A DNA stretch of 64,000 bases from Takakia lepidozioides (Eukaryota; Plantae; Bryophyta). The stretch covers positions 80,848,001-80,912,000 of the forward strand of contig CM060732.1 in assembly GCA_030704615.1 (NCBI GenBank), given 5' to 3'. The notes beneath the pieces are model-generated. The model did not search any database. It was not told the DNA's origin and was given only the letters and a program-made list of their open reading frames with translations. A program made the position numbers and the translations under genes. Positions 62,301 through 64,000 of this stretch are shown one piece after another (the stretch's first letter is position 1; each line of letters starts with the position of its first letter).

Positions 62301-64000
62301 GACTGAAATGATCCCCTTTCGCTGGCGACAGGGGGTCATTGTCAATCTATACAAGAAGGGTGACAGAGAAGAACCGGGGAACTACCGTGGCATCACGCTC
62401 CTCAATGCTGTTGGCAAGACATTCTGCAGAGTTATAAGTACTCGTCTCGAGGTTGATCTGGAGTCTAGAGGTTGTTTCCACGAAGGCCAAGCTGGCTTTC
62501 GGCGAAAACAGGGGCTGTGTGGATCATATCTTCACTCTAAGCCAGATTATCCAGGGAAGGAAAAAAGAAGGGAAACCCACTTATGTCTTTTTCCTGGATG
62601 TCAAAAAGGCTTATGACACAGTGTGGAGAGATGGCCTATGGTTCCGCCTCTGGTCTTGTGGGATCAAGGGAAAGATGTGGAGAGTTGTCCACAACTTGTA
62701 TGCTCACACCAAAAGCTGTGTCACTGTTAACGGACAGAAGTCCAACTTCTTTGACATAGACCAAGGTGTAGCTCAAGGATGTACTCTCTCCCCTCTGCTC
62801 TTCAATGTTTTCATCAATCAACTCCTCGAGGATGTGGAAAGTGAGGGATTTGGGTTAAGGGTGGGTGATACCACCATACCAGCCCTTATGTTTGCGGATG
62901 ACTTCGCAGGCATAGGGGAGACTCCAACCAATCTCCAGGAGTTGATTGATTGCGCGAAGAGATACTTTGATCTTTGGGGGCTAGAGGCTAATGTCAGCAA
63001 ATGTGCAGTGGTAGCATTCAACGACAGAGGAGAGGGAGGAAGTGATCTTAAGTGGCAGTGGGGTAGCCAAGAGATCCCGGTCCTCCCTTCCTACACTTAC
63101 CTGGGCGTTGAGTTCTCCTCCAATTGTAATTGGGATGCACATATCCGGAAAGTTGTTCAAACTGGCAAGGGCAAAGCTCTGGGGCTCACTAAATTTTTCC
63201 ACTGCAGAGGGGTCAACTCTGAGGTTAAGAAAACCATGCTTTGTCGCGTTATTAGACCTGCCTTGGAGTACGGATCTGCTATATGGGTTGATAACTCCAA
63301 CCAGGCTAAGTCTCTAGAATCCATTCAAGTGGGGGTGCTTAAGGAGTGTATGTCAGCATGCTCCAAAACAGCCAATGTGGCTGTTCGGGGTGAGTTTGGC
63401 ATTCCGTCCTTAAGCTCCCGACGAGATGAATTCAAGGTCAGATGGTGGGGTCAGCTGCAACATATGCCCAACACCAGATATCCTAAGTTAATCGACTCTA
63501 TATCTTGGAAACAGGACCGCCCTGTCAAACAGGCTAAGTCCTGGCAGAAGAGAGTAGAAGAGATTCTCAAGGACCTGGACCTGGATCCGCAAGTCTTGAC
63601 CCTGCTGGATAAATCTGACTTAGAGGCTGTAGTGTCCTCAGCCATGTCTGTTGCCATGAGATTGTCTGATGAAAATGAAGTTAGGCAGAAAACTTCCCTG
63701 AACTTGTTTCCAGTCTGTGACATGGGGGAGGACATCTTGGATGACCTCAAGGGTCTACCCACTCTCGGCACTAGACTGAAATTTAAACTCAGGGCAGGAA
63801 GCCTACCTTTGAACAGCAAACAGAAGCAGAGAGGAAAGGGAGAGTGCAATTGCCCGTTGTGTGGGCAATCTGAAGACAGTATTCATTTTCTGATACACTG
63901 TCCGGGGTTCTCTCACCAAAGAGACGCTCTCTTCAAATCTATTAAGGGAATTGTGCCTGTACCCCTGTTTACCAACTTTGAAAGTCTCGAGGCTGAGCCA
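59368..64000 (+). mobile_element. Near full-length non-LTR retrotransposon (family B; APE + RT + CCHC finger; RTEX/RTE-like), frameshifted, in an HMCES intron
   Basis: APE motifs LATFNSQG, CAGQETW, GVGFFV, VYMP, LLGDFNARVG, DYII. RT motifs KAGGPDGI.NE, YKKGD...GNYRGITLL, QAGFR, FLDVKKAYDTVW, GVAQGCTLSPLLF, MFADD, YTYLG. C-terminal CPLCGQSEDSIHFLIHC. Runs off the right edge of the window. Confidence 0.93.
60145..60565 (+). repeat. 3 x ~140 bp tandem repeat within the LINE, upstream of the endonuclease
   Basis: Units start at 60151, 60290 and 60431; each encodes GFGTLNGLPILKVY.RR..S.HGV.VP. Confidence 0.88.

Overview
Eukaryotic, intron-rich nuclear DNA, most likely from a non-seed land plant (bryophyte, lycophyte or fern). 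The evidence is a PLS-DYW RNA-editing PPR gene together with a flagellar radial-spoke gene (RSPH14). Spliced genes reconstructed by hand: PPR-DYW (-), tRNA-Pro(TGG) (-), EAPP-like (+), a 20-exon gene joining a START-like PITP domain, an FFAT-like motif, a B-box-like zinc finger and DUF547 (+), RPL29 (+), RSPH14 (-), formyltetrahydrofolate deformylase (+), PUX7-like UBX protein (+) and the 3' end of HMCES/SRAP (-). Mobile DNA: two MITEs, a tRNA-derived SINE-like element, an ~8.3 kb decayed hAT element carrying chloroplast Cu/Zn-SOD exons 1-3 with introns plus an array of repeated micro-exon units, a LINE family whose two copies both abut (CT)n, and several 3'-end fragments of a second LINE/SINE family. 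The best leads are the PITP-FFAT-B-box-DUF547 fusion, the SOD-carrying Pack-hAT, the putative (CT)n-targeting LINE and a PDX1-derived uORF upstream of the PPR gene. All calls come from manual reading and remembered family motifs; no database searches were run, so coordinates may be off by a few bases.
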